DNA of 63,950 bases, filler included, from Collodictyon triciliatum (Eukaryota): the NCBI GenBank assembly GCA_043381765.1. It is 28 parts of 28 records of this genome, joined end to end, with 100 filler letters (N's around TTAATTAATTAA, not from the genome) between each part and the next. Parts side by side here need not be neighbours in the genome. Positions count along the whole stretch, not along the records: positions 37,277 to 39,502 come from JBHJMP010009254.1; positions 39,603 to 41,824 come from JBHJMP010009255.1; positions 41,925 to 44,145 come from JBHJMP010009256.1; positions 44,246 to 46,466 come from JBHJMP010009257.1; positions 46,567 to 48,785 come from JBHJMP010009258.1; positions 48,886 to 51,104 come from JBHJMP010009259.1; 22 more parts are not named here. One strand, given 5' to 3'. How positions within the stretch are numbered: the first letter of the stretch is position 1; each line of letters starts with the position of its first letter. The notes beneath the pieces are model-generated. The model saw nothing but the letters and a program-made list of their open reading frames with translations, searched no databases and was not told where the DNA came from. A program made the translations under genes and the position numbers. Shown here piece after piece: positions 37,604 to 49,902 of this stretch.

Positions 37604-38513
37604 ATGGGCTGCGACGACGACACAGACAGTCCAGGCGCCTATACATACTGGATTGTATCTGGACTGAGCTATCTGCTCTTCCAGGCGTATCTCCTCGCCA
37701 AGAGCAAGTACGAGAGCATAAACTACACCTAATCAAAATCGACATCATGAGTAACTCATGTTTTACCTATTGAATATATCTTCAAGTTTATTATTATGTT
37801 TTTCAATATTCAAACTTTTTTCTTCAAAAAAAATCAAAAATAGTCAAAAAATAACCATAATGAAACAAAAAATAAAAAACAAAAAACAAAAAAACAACTG
37901 CCGTGTATCTCGCCCAGGCACGAACGAAAAGTGAAGCTTGTAATCGCCCTTCGTTGGCTGGTAAGCATAGTGGGCTGTACAGTGTCTTCGACAATCATTT
38001 ATGAATCGTCTGGCCTTGTGGAAGGATTTTGGCCACTTTTGCTTGGGTTATTCTCGATTTACTCTGGATTCATTGTGACATTGGTTTTCGAACCAGGACA
38101 GAAGACTCGTTCAAAATCTATTCCGTTTTATGTTGTCTTTACAACACACTTGGTAATATTCAAATTATGCATCAAATGTGATTTTTATGTCATCTTCCTT
38201 TATACAAAATCAGCCCAATCAACATGTTATTGGGTGTTTGAGCTGGGTATCACATCTTTTAAAATTAATTGCATCAAAGGTTGTTCTCTGTGTCTTTTCT
38301 TCATTCACTGGCCAAAATTAAAAAAATTAAAAAAAAATGCAGGTGGGATGCCTTTTGTTGGGAGTCCTGTGTTTCTATGACAAAACAAGTGCTGGTGTTG
38401 CATCTCTATTCCCCAACATCGCGTGCGCTTACGAGTTGTTTGATATTTTCGGGCTCATCAGATACATCAAAAGAATATCATTTCAGAACAGAAAATCATT
38501 CGTCAATGCCTAG
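37604..38513 (+). CDS. Spliced multi-pass membrane protein, unknown family
   Basis: MGCDDDTDSPGAYTYWIVSGLSYLLFQAYLL, VIALRWLVSIVGC..FWPLLLGLFSIYSGFIVTLVF..TTHL|gt and VGCLLLGVLCFY..FVNA*. Confidence 0.55.
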
Positions 38514-38722
38514 AAATAACTCGCCATGCAATCGATTATTAAAAAAAAAAAACAACAAATTTAATAATCAATCGTGATTCCTTTCGTTCATCACCCATAA
38601 AGTCGATTATATGGTGGCAAATAAACAGAGAAGTACAACCTTTCATTCATTCAAATATGAGAAATTTATAAACAAGGGACTGATTCCGTTAGCTCGTTTT
38701 TATTCATTTATTATGTTTTCAT

Positions 38723-39228
38723 TTACTTCCGCGGCCTCTTTGGGAACGTGCCTCTATCAAAGGAATTGGCGCCGTAGGAATGCTGGCCATAGTGTTTCAT
38801 CGAAGAATGGGCGCTCTGATAACTTGACGACGGGAAAGAATATGGCGACCCCCGAATGACATATCCAGAGACGTCATTGTCGTGGTAGGAAAGATGTGTT
38901 TCCGCATCGTCGCTGTCGAACCCTCCGAATGAACGCAAAGGGCTAGTGAAAAGAATATGCGAGTTAGAGTGCAGAACCGGGTTCCGCCATATGATTGTTG
39001 GGACCACTTGGAGGGATTTCTCATCCGTAAGTGTGTTTGGTAGCAATAGAAACTCGTACCCAGCGATTGAGGTCAGCCAGCGACGCCTTTCCTCCATCCG
39101 ATAATTGGGACCGGCTATTATTTCAATTAAATTTACTTTGTCCTTGTTGTAAATGATTCTTTCATGGCACTTTAGAAAAAGATTGCGGATTTCCAATGCT
39201 CTGAAGGTTGCTTTCCCAATATTATTGC
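38723..39228 (-). CDS. Last exon of a possible Trf4/PAPD5-like non-canonical poly(A) polymerase
   Basis: After an AG acceptor: NNIGKATFRALEIRNLFLKCHERI, like the NxxGxxSF-helix that follows the PAP-associated EDP motif. The ORF is open to a stop at 38723. Confidence 0.45.
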
Positions 39229-39337
39229 CTACCCCATAAGTGATTGTCAGAGGGTTTATAAATATATCATGATAAATAACCCGTTTTCTTCTAAAACAAC
39301 ATCTAAAACCAACAACAAAAAAAAGAAAAAAAACAAG

Positions 39338-39378
<41 letters not shown>

Positions 39379-39949
39379 AAAAAAAGAAACAAAAGAAACA
39401 AAAGAAACAAAAGAAACAAAAGAAACAAAAGAAACAAAAGAAACAAAAGAAACAAAAGAAACAAAAGAAACAAAAGAAACAAAAGAAACAAAAGAAACAA
39501 AANNNNNNNNNNNNNNNNNNNNNNNNNNNNNNNNNNNNNNNNNNNNTTAATTAATTAANNNNNNNNNNNNNNNNNNNNNNNNNNNNNNNNNNNNNNNNNN
39601 NNCAAAAAATGCGCGATGCAATAAACTATATCTTTTTTAATATCCATCACCATTTTTCTTGGTTTTCTGGTTCCAAATACAAGTAAAATATGCTAACATA
39701 TCTATTGTGAGCCTCTGAGACAAACAAACATGAAAAATCCACAAAATATCCGCTCAAACGATTCTTAATCTTTTCACTCAAAAATTGGAGAATGTTTGGG
39801 GTATTTTCAGGTTGCATTACTCTGCAGCAATTGCGTGTTATCAAACTCATTGCTAGTGATTGTTTTCATTCAAAAAATACTGAAAGGAAGGTAGAAGAAA
39901 AAAGGCACATCGGCCAACGCTTGATTCTGATCTGCTCGGAAAAATGCTG

Positions 39950-41824
39950 ATTCATCTTGGGTTAGATTTGATTCAGTTGAAATCCGTTGCTTTCATCTAT
40001 ATGTGGATATTATCATACTCAATATACCATACATATTCATTTGGTATCATTACTTATTCTATAGAAAACAAAAATGATATATTCTAACAGCTTTACTTTT
40101 CCAGTTTGTTTTATCCAATAAGCTAATTGCCTGCATCATATCTTTCAATTATCCTATGTTCATTTTAAATGTTTCATTTGCATAATCAACAAAGAACAAT
40201 TACATCTTGAATTGATTTTTTATTTGCTATAACTTTATCTTAAAAAATGCATCAAATATACCTTGCTCTTGAACAAACATGATTTTCATACTCCAGATAA
40301 ACTTAAATCATCTTCAATATATTATTATATTTCACCTATTTTCATCGATTTTCAAGAATTAATTAAACGGCCAATATGCAGAAATTCGTGTTATTTTTCC
40401 TTCAACAGCTGCATTAGCATTTTTGCTTCTTTTATATCAATCGTAATGAAACAGCTATTGACTAATTACCCGATGATATATTCATCATGCTGAATCCTTT
40501 TTTCGATTTCGACCAAAAAAAAATCGACGGAAACATTTGGTTCAGGATATATCAAAAAAATAATTTATCTACATATTATTGTATGATTCTTCACTATTGA
40601 ATATTCATCTCCATTTTATATGCTGTTTTCATATATCTGATTATCATCTACAAATACCCATTCAACATCCATGTAAATAATACAAATGCCGGCAATATAT
40701 TCATAATATACACTTTATACAACATACTTTGTAAAAATATCTGAAATACAGATATACAGGTTTATACCATATTCCTTTCACTTTATCATTGAATGAATAT
40801 TTATATATTAAATTGATTGAAGCACAGCCCAAATACATATCTCCCATATCTATAACTATTAATTCATCCGATGATAACCCCTTGGAAATATACATTTTTA
40901 TCTCGTTCCTGCCCATAATATTGAATACGATATACCTAAACAATAAAGTAATACCAATCCATATTTACAATTATCTATGTATTTCATTGTATGAAATATG
41001 TTACAGTAATTTTTCCTCATGCTAATACCATTATTCTGTTCAAGAAAATTGACAATTGGCGCATAAGAATACCTTTCAATCATCTACTAAATCTGTAACT
41101 CGTTCTGAACTTCACTTCCATAAAATAAAATAATGAAAATATCGGCCAACCGGTTCCATCATGTCCCATACAATCTTTATGTAAACCATTAGGTTGCAAT
41201 AATTGTATGATAAATCTCAGTTTCAATGTAAAAATTGGTCTTGTGGATTAAAATTGATGATATTTATCGATATACTATGCGTAATATATAATTCATAATT
41301 GATCAAACATAAGCTACATGTAAATTATCATGGATGTCCCCAGACAAACATTCACATTTTCACAGCTAATATTATGCACTGCATAGTTCAGCCACCTATC
41401 CTACTAACTATTCATACCACGCCATATTAGCATTTATGAAAAATATGAAATTCATTCTTCACGATACCATGTATCTAACATCCAATCACCCTGTTCCTGA
41501 AACTAATAAAGGAAGAGAAAACAACAGCAATCGATTACCCTGCAATATCTTTCATTTCTTTCCATGCAATTCTGTGGATGTCCTAACCACCAACACAAAT
41601 GAAGGCAAACCAACTCCACTATCTCTTTCCTATCAGCCCTCCTCATCGCACAGAACAAGCTTCGTTGCAAATTCAGCGTGCTCCCTTTCAGCCTTCTTTG
41701 CTGTCCATATAGACACGAGTCTTTGTCCTTATAATAGCAACGACATGTATTCGCCATTGCATATTAATGCGCATGCGAGAAGTCCTCCAGCCATATCCAG
41801 TCGTACTTGCGCGATATCATTATT
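39950..41824 (-). pseudogene. Decayed intronless coding-like sequence
   Basis: Around 40710-40290 one frame reads YYEYIAGICIIYMDVEWVFVDDNQIYENSI*NGDE..EIEKRIQHDEYIIG*LVN..QLLKEK*HEF..EI**YIEDDL. No microsatellites or obvious introns. Confidence 0.35.
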
Positions 41825-42563
41825 NNNNNNNNNNNNNNNNNNNNNNNNNNNNNNNNNNNNNNNNNNNNTTAATTAATTAANNNNNNNNNNNNNNNNNNNN
41901 NNNNNNNNNNNNNNNNNNNNNNNNTTTGTGTTTGTGTGTTTTTGTGTGTGTGTGTGTGTGAGTTAGTGAGTGAGGGTGTGTGTGTGTGTGTGTATGTGTG
42001 TGTTTATTCATTTTTCTTTCAATTTTCACCGTCATCTTTTCCGCTTGCGGAGCCGAGATGATATCCCAGCACAATTTACTTATCATTATCTTCTATGGGG
42101 ACATTTTCTGACAACGCTTTCTCTTCCACTTCCTGATATACAATAATTATTTTTTAGTTTTGTTTTCACATTCATTCTCGAAACCGAGGTTAATTGCACA
42201 TAAATGATGTATCTGGTGCTCGTTTTAATGGAATTTTTTTTATGATAATTCAATTTCATAATTCTCACCCGGACGCGCTGCTCGGCTTTCTCTATACTCC
42301 CGGTGAGGGTTAATTCTCCTCCGAAATTACTCTGTATCTGATTCATCACCTTTTGACGCTCACGAAGGAAACGTTGACCCTCTGCGTAGTATTCAGTATA
42401 TTAGACACCAAAAGAAAAATCTTGAGGACAAAGAGTCAGCATATACAATACGTATTTTTTCAAGCTAGAAAGAACGCATCTTGAATTAGCTAGAGGACAC
42501 AGACAGATGTTTTAATCGACATTAAAAAAAAAAAAGAAAAAAAAAAAAGGAGGACTTAACTGG

Positions 42564-43222
42564 TCACTGTTTCTTTCGCTTTTGGGGGGTCGGCTTGTGC
42601 ATCTCGAAACTTTTGCGCTAAAGCCTCGATATCAACAGGATCGCCAGGGTAAGGGTTTTCCACGTAGAAAATTGGTGTGACGTCCTTTTCTTCCTACTTG
42701 CGCGACGGGATAAGTTAAGTGGGGTCCTCAGAATAATGATAGTATTGGTTAAATAAAAAATGGAATAGGGGAAAAAAAGCCAAACAAAAAGAAAAGAAAA
42801 AGAAAAAAGGTAAAAAACAAAAACAAAAACAAAAACAAAAACAAAAACAAAAACAAAAACAAAAACAAAAACAAAAACAAAAACAAAAACAAAAAACAAA
42901 TCAGAGACACAAACCTGCAGCTTCGGCTTCATATTGAAGTATGACCAAGTCTGCTGCTCGGCGTCAAACCATCGGCCAAGCTCGATAGCCACGTAGCCAA
43001 AGACGAGCCCTTTTCCTATCTAAACAGCAGGAGGTGAGGCAGTTGTTGTACAGTTGGGATGACGTGTGGGGAAAGAGAAGAAAAGGCAGAAGAAAATAGA
43101 GCTGGAAAGTCACAAACATGGTAGACGTATTGAAGCGGTGGGTGCTTGTGATACCAGTTCCACATGGTTGCGCGATGACGGGTTTGGTCCTGCGCTTCAG
43201 AAGGGGCGTGCGGTTCCAGCCC
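42564..43222 (-). CDS. Small spliced single-TM hypothetical protein
   Basis: Three GT-AG-joined exons give MWNWYHKHPPLQYVYH|IGKGLVFGYVAIELGRWFDAEQQTWSYFNMKPKLQ|EEKDVTPIFYVENPYPGDPVDIEALAQKFRDAQADPQKRKKQ*. Confidence 0.5.
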
Positions 43223-43544
43223 AGGAAAAAAACCAAAAAGAAAAAAAAGCCAAAAAAATCAAAAGATGAAAACAAAAAAGTTAAAAAAAAAAAAAATACA
43301 AGAGAAGAAAGGATAAAAGACCAAATGAGTCTAGGTACTACACACAAGACTATCCCTGCACCTCACACAACTCGCTGAGCCCCTACGTCAATGACACAGC
43401 AACCCACTGTCCTCAAAAAAAAAAACGTCGGGCTGCCTTCTGGAATCAGCTCCTCTGTGGAGAGTTTAAAAAAAAAAGGTCTTATCTAAAATGCTTTGAT
43501 TCATTTACCCCTCCTCACAAGTTGGAAGTTACCGACGCAAAAGA

Positions 43545-43616
43545 TTCCGTTACCGGGAATCGAACCCGGGTTGTATGGGTGAGAGCCATACGTGCTACCG
43601 ACTACACCATAACGGA
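43545..43616 (-). tRNA. tRNA-Glu (anticodon CTC)
   Basis: TCCGTTA TGGTGTAGTCGGTAGCACG TATGG CTCTCAC CCATA CAAC CCGGG TTCGATT CCCGG TAACGGA A. It has a 7-bp acceptor stem, A and B boxes, and a downstream TTTT terminator. Confidence 0.95.
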
Positions 43617-43787
43617 TATTCTTGTGGATGGGAGGATACCAAATATATGTAATTATAAAAAACCTTGTGTGTTTGCGTTCGCCCATTTTTTTTCTCATAC
43701 CCTCCCATTCGCCCTAATCTCTGCATTAATGTTTATTGACGGAAAACAGACCACCTGTATAAGGAGCCTGAATCCTCCGTGGAGATT

Positions 43788-43922
43788 TCACAAATGGCTT
43801 TTTTGAAAAGAATCATTTTGACGTTCGTAGCGGGATGCATACGGCTCTATTGTGCGCTTCAGACGGGCGATTTCGTTGCGAACTCTGTCTGTGAGGGCTG
43901 CAACATCGTCGGGCGTCATACC
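43788..43922 (-). CDS. 1-acylglycerol-3-phosphate acyltransferase (AGPAT1/2-like), last exon
   Basis: cag|GMTPDDVAALTDRVRNEI..*, matching the conserved AGPAT C-terminal GLTxDDVxxLxDRVR helix. Confidence 0.65.
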   Translation of the reverse strand, partial: GMTPDDVAALTDRVRNEIARLKRTIEPYASRYERQNDSFQKSHL

Positions 43923-44391
43923 CTGGGTGATGAGAGAGAGAGAGAGAGAGAGAGAGGAAGAGAGAGAGGGGAAGAGGTGTTCATGGGTCCAATAGAAACG
44001 GAACACTGAGAGGAGCGAAGGGTAAAAAAGAAAAAAGTAAAAAGAAAAAGAGAAAAAAGAGAGAAAAAAGAGAGAAAAAAGAGAGAAAAAAGAGAGAAAA
44101 AAGAGAGAAAAAAGAGAGAAAAAAGAGAGAAAAAAGAGAGAAAAANNNNNNNNNNNNNNNNNNNNNNNNNNNNNNNNNNNNNNNNNNNNTTAATTAATTA
44201 ANNNNNNNNNNNNNNNNNNNNNNNNNNNNNNNNNNNNNNNNNNNNGAAAACAGAAAACAGAAAACAGAAAACAGAAAACAGAAAACAGAAAACAGAAAAC
44301 AGAAAACAGAAAACAGAAAACAGAAAACAGAAAACAGAAAACAATGCTGATATTGCCTTCCTTTCCTCTAGGGACACCGCGACATATCGAA

Positions 44392-45211
44392 ATGTCTCGA
44401 AAAGAATCTTCGCAAATAGCGCAAACCTCCTCCGTGACACCCACAAAGTCAGATAGGCTCCAATTATCTACCTTACTTGGCCGGTGTAGACAAGTGGATG
44501 AGTTTGAAAAGATAGATCGAGTAGGAGAGGGAACGTACGGAGTTGTATGTAAGAGACTATCTTCATGAGGGAATATCTATTTCTTGAAAATCTATATGAC
44601 CTTAGGCGATTTACATCACCTTTTCTTTCTGTCCTTATACTCTATCCCTTTCATTCCATTTGCTATGATTTCATCTTGCTTCTTGAATACAAGAATACAA
44701 AAAAGAAAAAGAAAAAGAAAAAGAAAAAGAAAAAGAAAAAGAAAAAGAAAAAGAAAAAGAAAAAGAAAAAGAAAAAGAAAAAGAAAATTATGAACCCCTA
44801 TAAGATTAGCGATAAATATTCACATCACGACTTAGGAATGTCTTCAATAAAAATACAATTTCTCAATAAAATATTTAGGGATTCATGGTACTGTTTCCTT
44901 AAAAAATAACTTTGCCACATTGACGAATAGATGCTGCAAAAGACAAAATGACAAGGGAAGTGGTTGCGTTGAAACGTGTTAGAATGGAAAGCCAAGAAAA
45001 TAGGGACAGAGTAAGCTTTACTCTACTTTTTCTTAATTTTATTATATGATGACAACAAATTCTCATACACATATTCTGTGTTTTCACAGACTGAGATGTA
45101 AAGATAGTTATCATGCAACTTACTCACGTCTCTGCTTATTTATTTATTTATTTATTGATCATCTAGTAAAAAATTAAAGTCATCATACACACAAAATAGC
45201 AACTAACTAAC

Positions 45212-45290
<79 letters not shown>

Positions 45291-46324
45291 ATCCAAAAAA
45301 TCCAAAAAAGAAATATATTAAATAACTTAATTAATATATAAATTAACGAGTACACAGATAAACAAATACATTAATAAAAATACTCACTCATGATAAAACC
45401 ATTCCCAGATGCCAATCACATCGCTTCGAGAAATAAAGTTACTTCGAAAGATTGACCATCCAAATATTGTCAGGCTTATTGATGTTGTGGTCGGGCTGGA
45501 TTTGGATAGGTAGGCAGTACACCCACGGTTATTTATAAATATACGTTCTATGATACGTAAAACATTGCTTTAAAGGCCAAACAGTTTAGTAATATTATGA
45601 TTTTTTATGGTAAAACAGTAATATTGACACTGTAATCTGATAGTGTCTTTCTGGCTTTCGAGTATTGCGAACATGACCTATCTTGCTTGTTGGATACGAT
45701 GAAAACTCGATTTCTGGAAGCTGAAGTAAAGAGTTTGGTCCTCCAGCTCCTGAATGCTGTTACATATCTGCATGCTAATTGGATTATTCATAGGTACAAC
45801 TATGCAATTTCCTTTTCCATTTAAGTAACTCAAGATTAGTTCTATACTTTTTTTTTCATTCATTCGAATATTAGTTCTATAACTTACAACTGTATAAAAT
45901 AAATCTCTTGATTTACTATTTTTGTATTATTCTTTATCATCGCGCATCATTAATTTGTATAACTAAACCAATTTGAATCTAGGGATATAAAGATGTCCAA
46001 TTTGTTATACACCAACAAGGGGCTTTTAAAATTAGCAGACTTTGGACTTGCTCGGACATATGGGAGACCTTTACAACCAATGACTCAGAAAGTTGTTACG
46101 TTGTGGTATTATCAAATCATTAATTTACCTTTATATTATCTTAAAAATGCCAAAAGTAATTCAACATACCTCTTTCGAATAATATATATATTTTTCTCTC
46201 GATTTAGCGTAATCCTCTATAATATAGTGTGAATATGTAAATCCTTACACAAAAAAAATACAGGTATCGAGCACCAGAGCTTCTTTTGGGTGTGGAAAAG
46301 TATACTACCGCAATTGACATGTGG
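44392..46324 (+). CDS. CDK10: Cyclin-dependent kinase 10 (CDK10/11 group), spliced, 3'-partial
   Basis: [98 protein letters not shown]. Confidence 0.9.
45835..45881 (-). mobile_element. 23-nt degenerate LINE-tail micro-insertion with 12-bp TSD in a CDK10 intron
   Basis: attagttctata at 45835-45846 and 45870-45881 flanks a T-run plus cattcattcgaat. The reverse complement attcgaatgaatg-An resembles the tail aatcgaataaagg-An. Confidence 0.55.
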
Positions 46325-48170
46325 TGAGGATGATTTTCTTTAAATCATTTGCTGAACAAACAAATACAAACAAAAAACAAACAAAAAACAAACAAAAAAC
46401 AAACAAAAAACAAACAAAAAACAAACAAAAAACAAACAAAAAACAAACAAAAAACAAACAAAAAACNNNNNNNNNNNNNNNNNNNNNNNNNNNNNNNNNN
46501 NNNNNNNNNNTTAATTAATTAANNNNNNNNNNNNNNNNNNNNNNNNNNNNNNNNNNNNNNNNNNNNCAATGTTGCAGGTTCTATCTGGGATATCGACCTG
46601 AAGGGAGTATGTTGGCCGTGTACCATCTCGTATGTACGTGTGCCTACATGTAGTAGAGTTGCAGAGTTTAGATGTGTTTGTAATTATTATATCATGTATT
46701 TTTTCGGAAAGGAAGTGATGAGACGCCACACGATGCCCTTCTTATGGCTTTTCTGCAAGTGTGTTTCATTCAGAGCTTCAGAATTATGGGCGCTTGAATT
46801 TGTGTTGTAAGCCTCTCCATCTGCGCACATCACTGCACGACTCGTTTTATTCCAAGATTAATGAAAATATAGCGTGTTGTTTTAGACACCAAATTGTTTT
46901 AGTTTGTCAAGAATGGTTTTTCTTACGAGAATAAAACTTATTCCAAAGTTGCATTCCATTATTTCTGTCAACGGGAAACCCTGGCTGGTATAAGGTTAAC
47001 TTTTTAAATTTTTTAATTTAAATTGGAGTAGCTGTACAATCGCGGAGCCTTTAAAAGAAGGATTTTGGGAAACTACCAGGTCTTTGCAAGCTTTCTAGAA
47101 ATATCTGTTCGGTTAGACGTCATGACAAGAATGGGGTGGGGACTGTGCAGGCGAGTGTGCTGGATTTTTGTGAGTGTCTTGCATAATTTTTATATGCTAA
47201 GTGAATGCGCGTGACAGAACACACAAAAAGAACGACGCGGCTGCGTAAGGGACATAGATACTTATAAGTGTTGTTAGGGGTGGGACTGACTGTCGAAAAA
47301 GAAAAAAATAGTTGAACAAATCAGATTGATACTTGTTTTTAATTAAAAAAAAACTTGCCTGGTAGTAAATGTTTAGTTCCGACCTGACATCAATATATGG
47401 ATACAAGTGAATGCGTGTTTTAATTCAGCCATTGTCCTTTCGTGTTGTTGGTAGCAGCATGCCTCCCAATTTAACGGATATTTCGTAGTGATTGCTATGG
47501 TTAATGTAATTTGCGATTAATGAATTTCAATAAGTAATTAATTATCATTTATATATTTGCTGCTTTTACTTTGTGCAGGATGGGCGGCGTTGCCCTGGTT
47601 CGCTAGCCTTTATTTGGACTAACATCACTTGGACATGTCGGCGCGCAAGTAAATATCTATCGATTAATTATCATTTTATACACCCATTTCATTTTTTGGA
47701 TTATTTATCAAGAATATCTCCTAAATTTTCTATGCCTTATTTTTTTACCAGTCGGTTTTTTTTTTTTCAATATGAATTTGGGTGCAATCGAATGGGTTGT
47801 ATCTCACGCGTGAACACTAAAATATCTTACTAAATCATTTCCAACCCAACTGCACACTCGCATCGATTATGACGTGAAATCCAATAAATTGGTATTGAGC
47901 AAATGGCGGGATAAATGCATTTTTTTCAAGGAGCTCATCCCATTCGACCAGACAGACCAGTTAAGATTCTCCATTGTACGACTGAAGGTATTAAGTTTTT
48001 TTTTTTACACCAAAGACGGTCTAACACACTCAACTGTCCGCATTTTCTCGATGACTATTCCATATTCCAAGCTGTTTCGATATGAAATCACCAGTCCGAA
48101 TCATTACATACTGTAGAAAATGAGTCGATGAGCCGATACTATAGGTATTATTGACCCGCCGATAGTCAAA

Positions 48171-48460
48171 AGCTGGAAGCACGCTCGCATTCTTCGCTAC
48201 TCTGACCACAAGCGAAGGGAGATGTGGGAATGTGTCGTGCGATATCTCCCACAGCATATCCAACCCCCGCTATCCACGCAACCAATCAACCACTTGGGAC
48301 GCCCACCTGACCAACTCGCTATCACCGATTTCATTCCAGTGCTACCCTCTCCACAGTAGTGTCTTCTCCTACTCACGTTTGTTCTGTCTCATGCGCTCCT
48401 ATCTCGCCTCTTGTATGGCACAACCTTGTTGCGCTATGAATCGAATAAAGGGAAGTAGTG
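48171..48460 (+). mobile_element. 5'-truncated LINE: ORF2 end and 3'UTR
   Basis: ARILRYSDHKRREMWECVVRYLPQHIQP..GRPPDQLAITDF..* followed by tgaatcgaataaaggg. Homologous to 55302-55590 (minus). Confidence 0.85.
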
Positions 48461-49842
48461 AAAAAAAGGAGGGTTATGTCGAGATATGCAAATAAGATGG
48501 GCTTCACAAACAAAAACAAAAAAATGCATTCTAATTAAAAAAAAAGATTTATCAACTCGCTTCAAACCTGAACCAAGTCGTGTCATTATGATGTAAAAAA
48601 AATTATAATGGCGCTTGCAAAGATTCCATCACACATAAACCACCGATTTGTTGAGATTGTGGTATCTCATAGGAATTATAATCATTCAGAAATGCCAATA
48701 TGTGCATTAAATATAACTACCATCATTATCACTCACTGCTGTGCGTTATGCTCTGTTCATTTATGCATCTTTCATATTTTTGTTANNNNNNNNNNNNNNN
48801 NNNNNNNNNNNNNNNNNNNNNNNNNNNNNTTAATTAATTAANNNNNNNNNNNNNNNNNNNNNNNNNNNNNNNNNNNNNNNNNNNNATAAAATAAAATAAA
48901 ATAAAATAAAATAAAATAAAATAAAATAAAATAAAATAAAATAAAATAAAATAAAATAAAATAAAATAAAATAAAAAAATAAAATCGCAGATGCAGACGA
49001 CACTGGAGCAGGCCTTTTTCTACTTCAGGCACCAGCAGGAGGCAGAAATGGAGCACAGGTACCGCTCGAACCAACAACCGAAAGCCAAAGGAAGTAAAGG
49101 CGATGACAGATGACAGATGGCAGAGGACAGAGGACAGATGTTTATGGAGATATACCAAACAAGGGTGTACTTGCAGGGAGGCGCTACAGGTAGATAAAGA
49201 GGGGGAAGATGAGGAGAAGGAGCCGCACAGCCCATGCGCAGCCGCCCCGAACACCCGGAAAGCGACGGCGTTGGATTTGCTGGCGCACACGTTGCCGCTC
49301 ATTGTCCGGGCGCTGTCATCCGTCCGCCGCCACTCACCTCCTCCACTTCTAACTCTGCCACCGCTTTGCTTTTGCTTTTGCTTTTGCTTTTGCTTTTACT
49401 TTTACTTCGGCTTCTTTGCTCTGTGATTTGTCAACTGCCTAGTTGGCCTGGCTGTGCGAGTCTATGGCTGTATTTCGCTCGGTGTGTTGCTCTGGTCCAG
49501 TCTATTTGTGGGTGATGTGTTATCACGTATGGGGAGCGGTTACATCCTTTATCTTTTTTCCGGTTGTTTTTGTTTTTCTATTTGTCTTTTTTTTTTGTTG
49601 CCATTTATTTACTTATTACTATTGCTGGGTGGGTTGTGGTTGGATAGCCTGCTGCGCATTCGGCCACACGCTTCTTTTATGGAGTCTGATGATATGGTCA
49701 GCAACACTTTTTTTTTGTCTTGCGTCCTGGCTGATTGGTGAAATTGATGGCGCCTGTGTTCTGTGTGCGATTGTGGCAGGCAAGTGTGAGGTTGTTGCTT
49801 GATAATGATCTTGATTACTCCTATTCAATGAGGAAAATTAAT

Positions 49843-49902
49843 ATATTTGAAACATAATGTTTGAATCGAATAAAGGAAAAAAAATATTTGAAACATAATG
49901 TT
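49843..49902 (+). mobile_element. About 22-nt LINE-tail micro-insertion with perfect 19-bp direct repeat
   Basis: atatttgaaacataatgtt at 49843-49861 and 49884-49902 flanks tgaatcgaataaaggaaaaaaa. Confidence 0.85.

Noticed and set aside
39950-41824. Alternative genetic code (TAA=Gln) for the host
   Set aside because: Host genes end with TAA (DNAJA), TAG (SAHH, Maf) and TGA (PLAC8) and have no internal stops. This contig also has in-frame TGA, so decay is the simpler explanation.
43545-43616. tRNA-targeted integration as in Dictyostelium TRE elements, or a tRNA-derived SINE
   Set aside because: No LINE or tail sequence lies next to this tRNA, and it is an intact cloverleaf with its own terminator.
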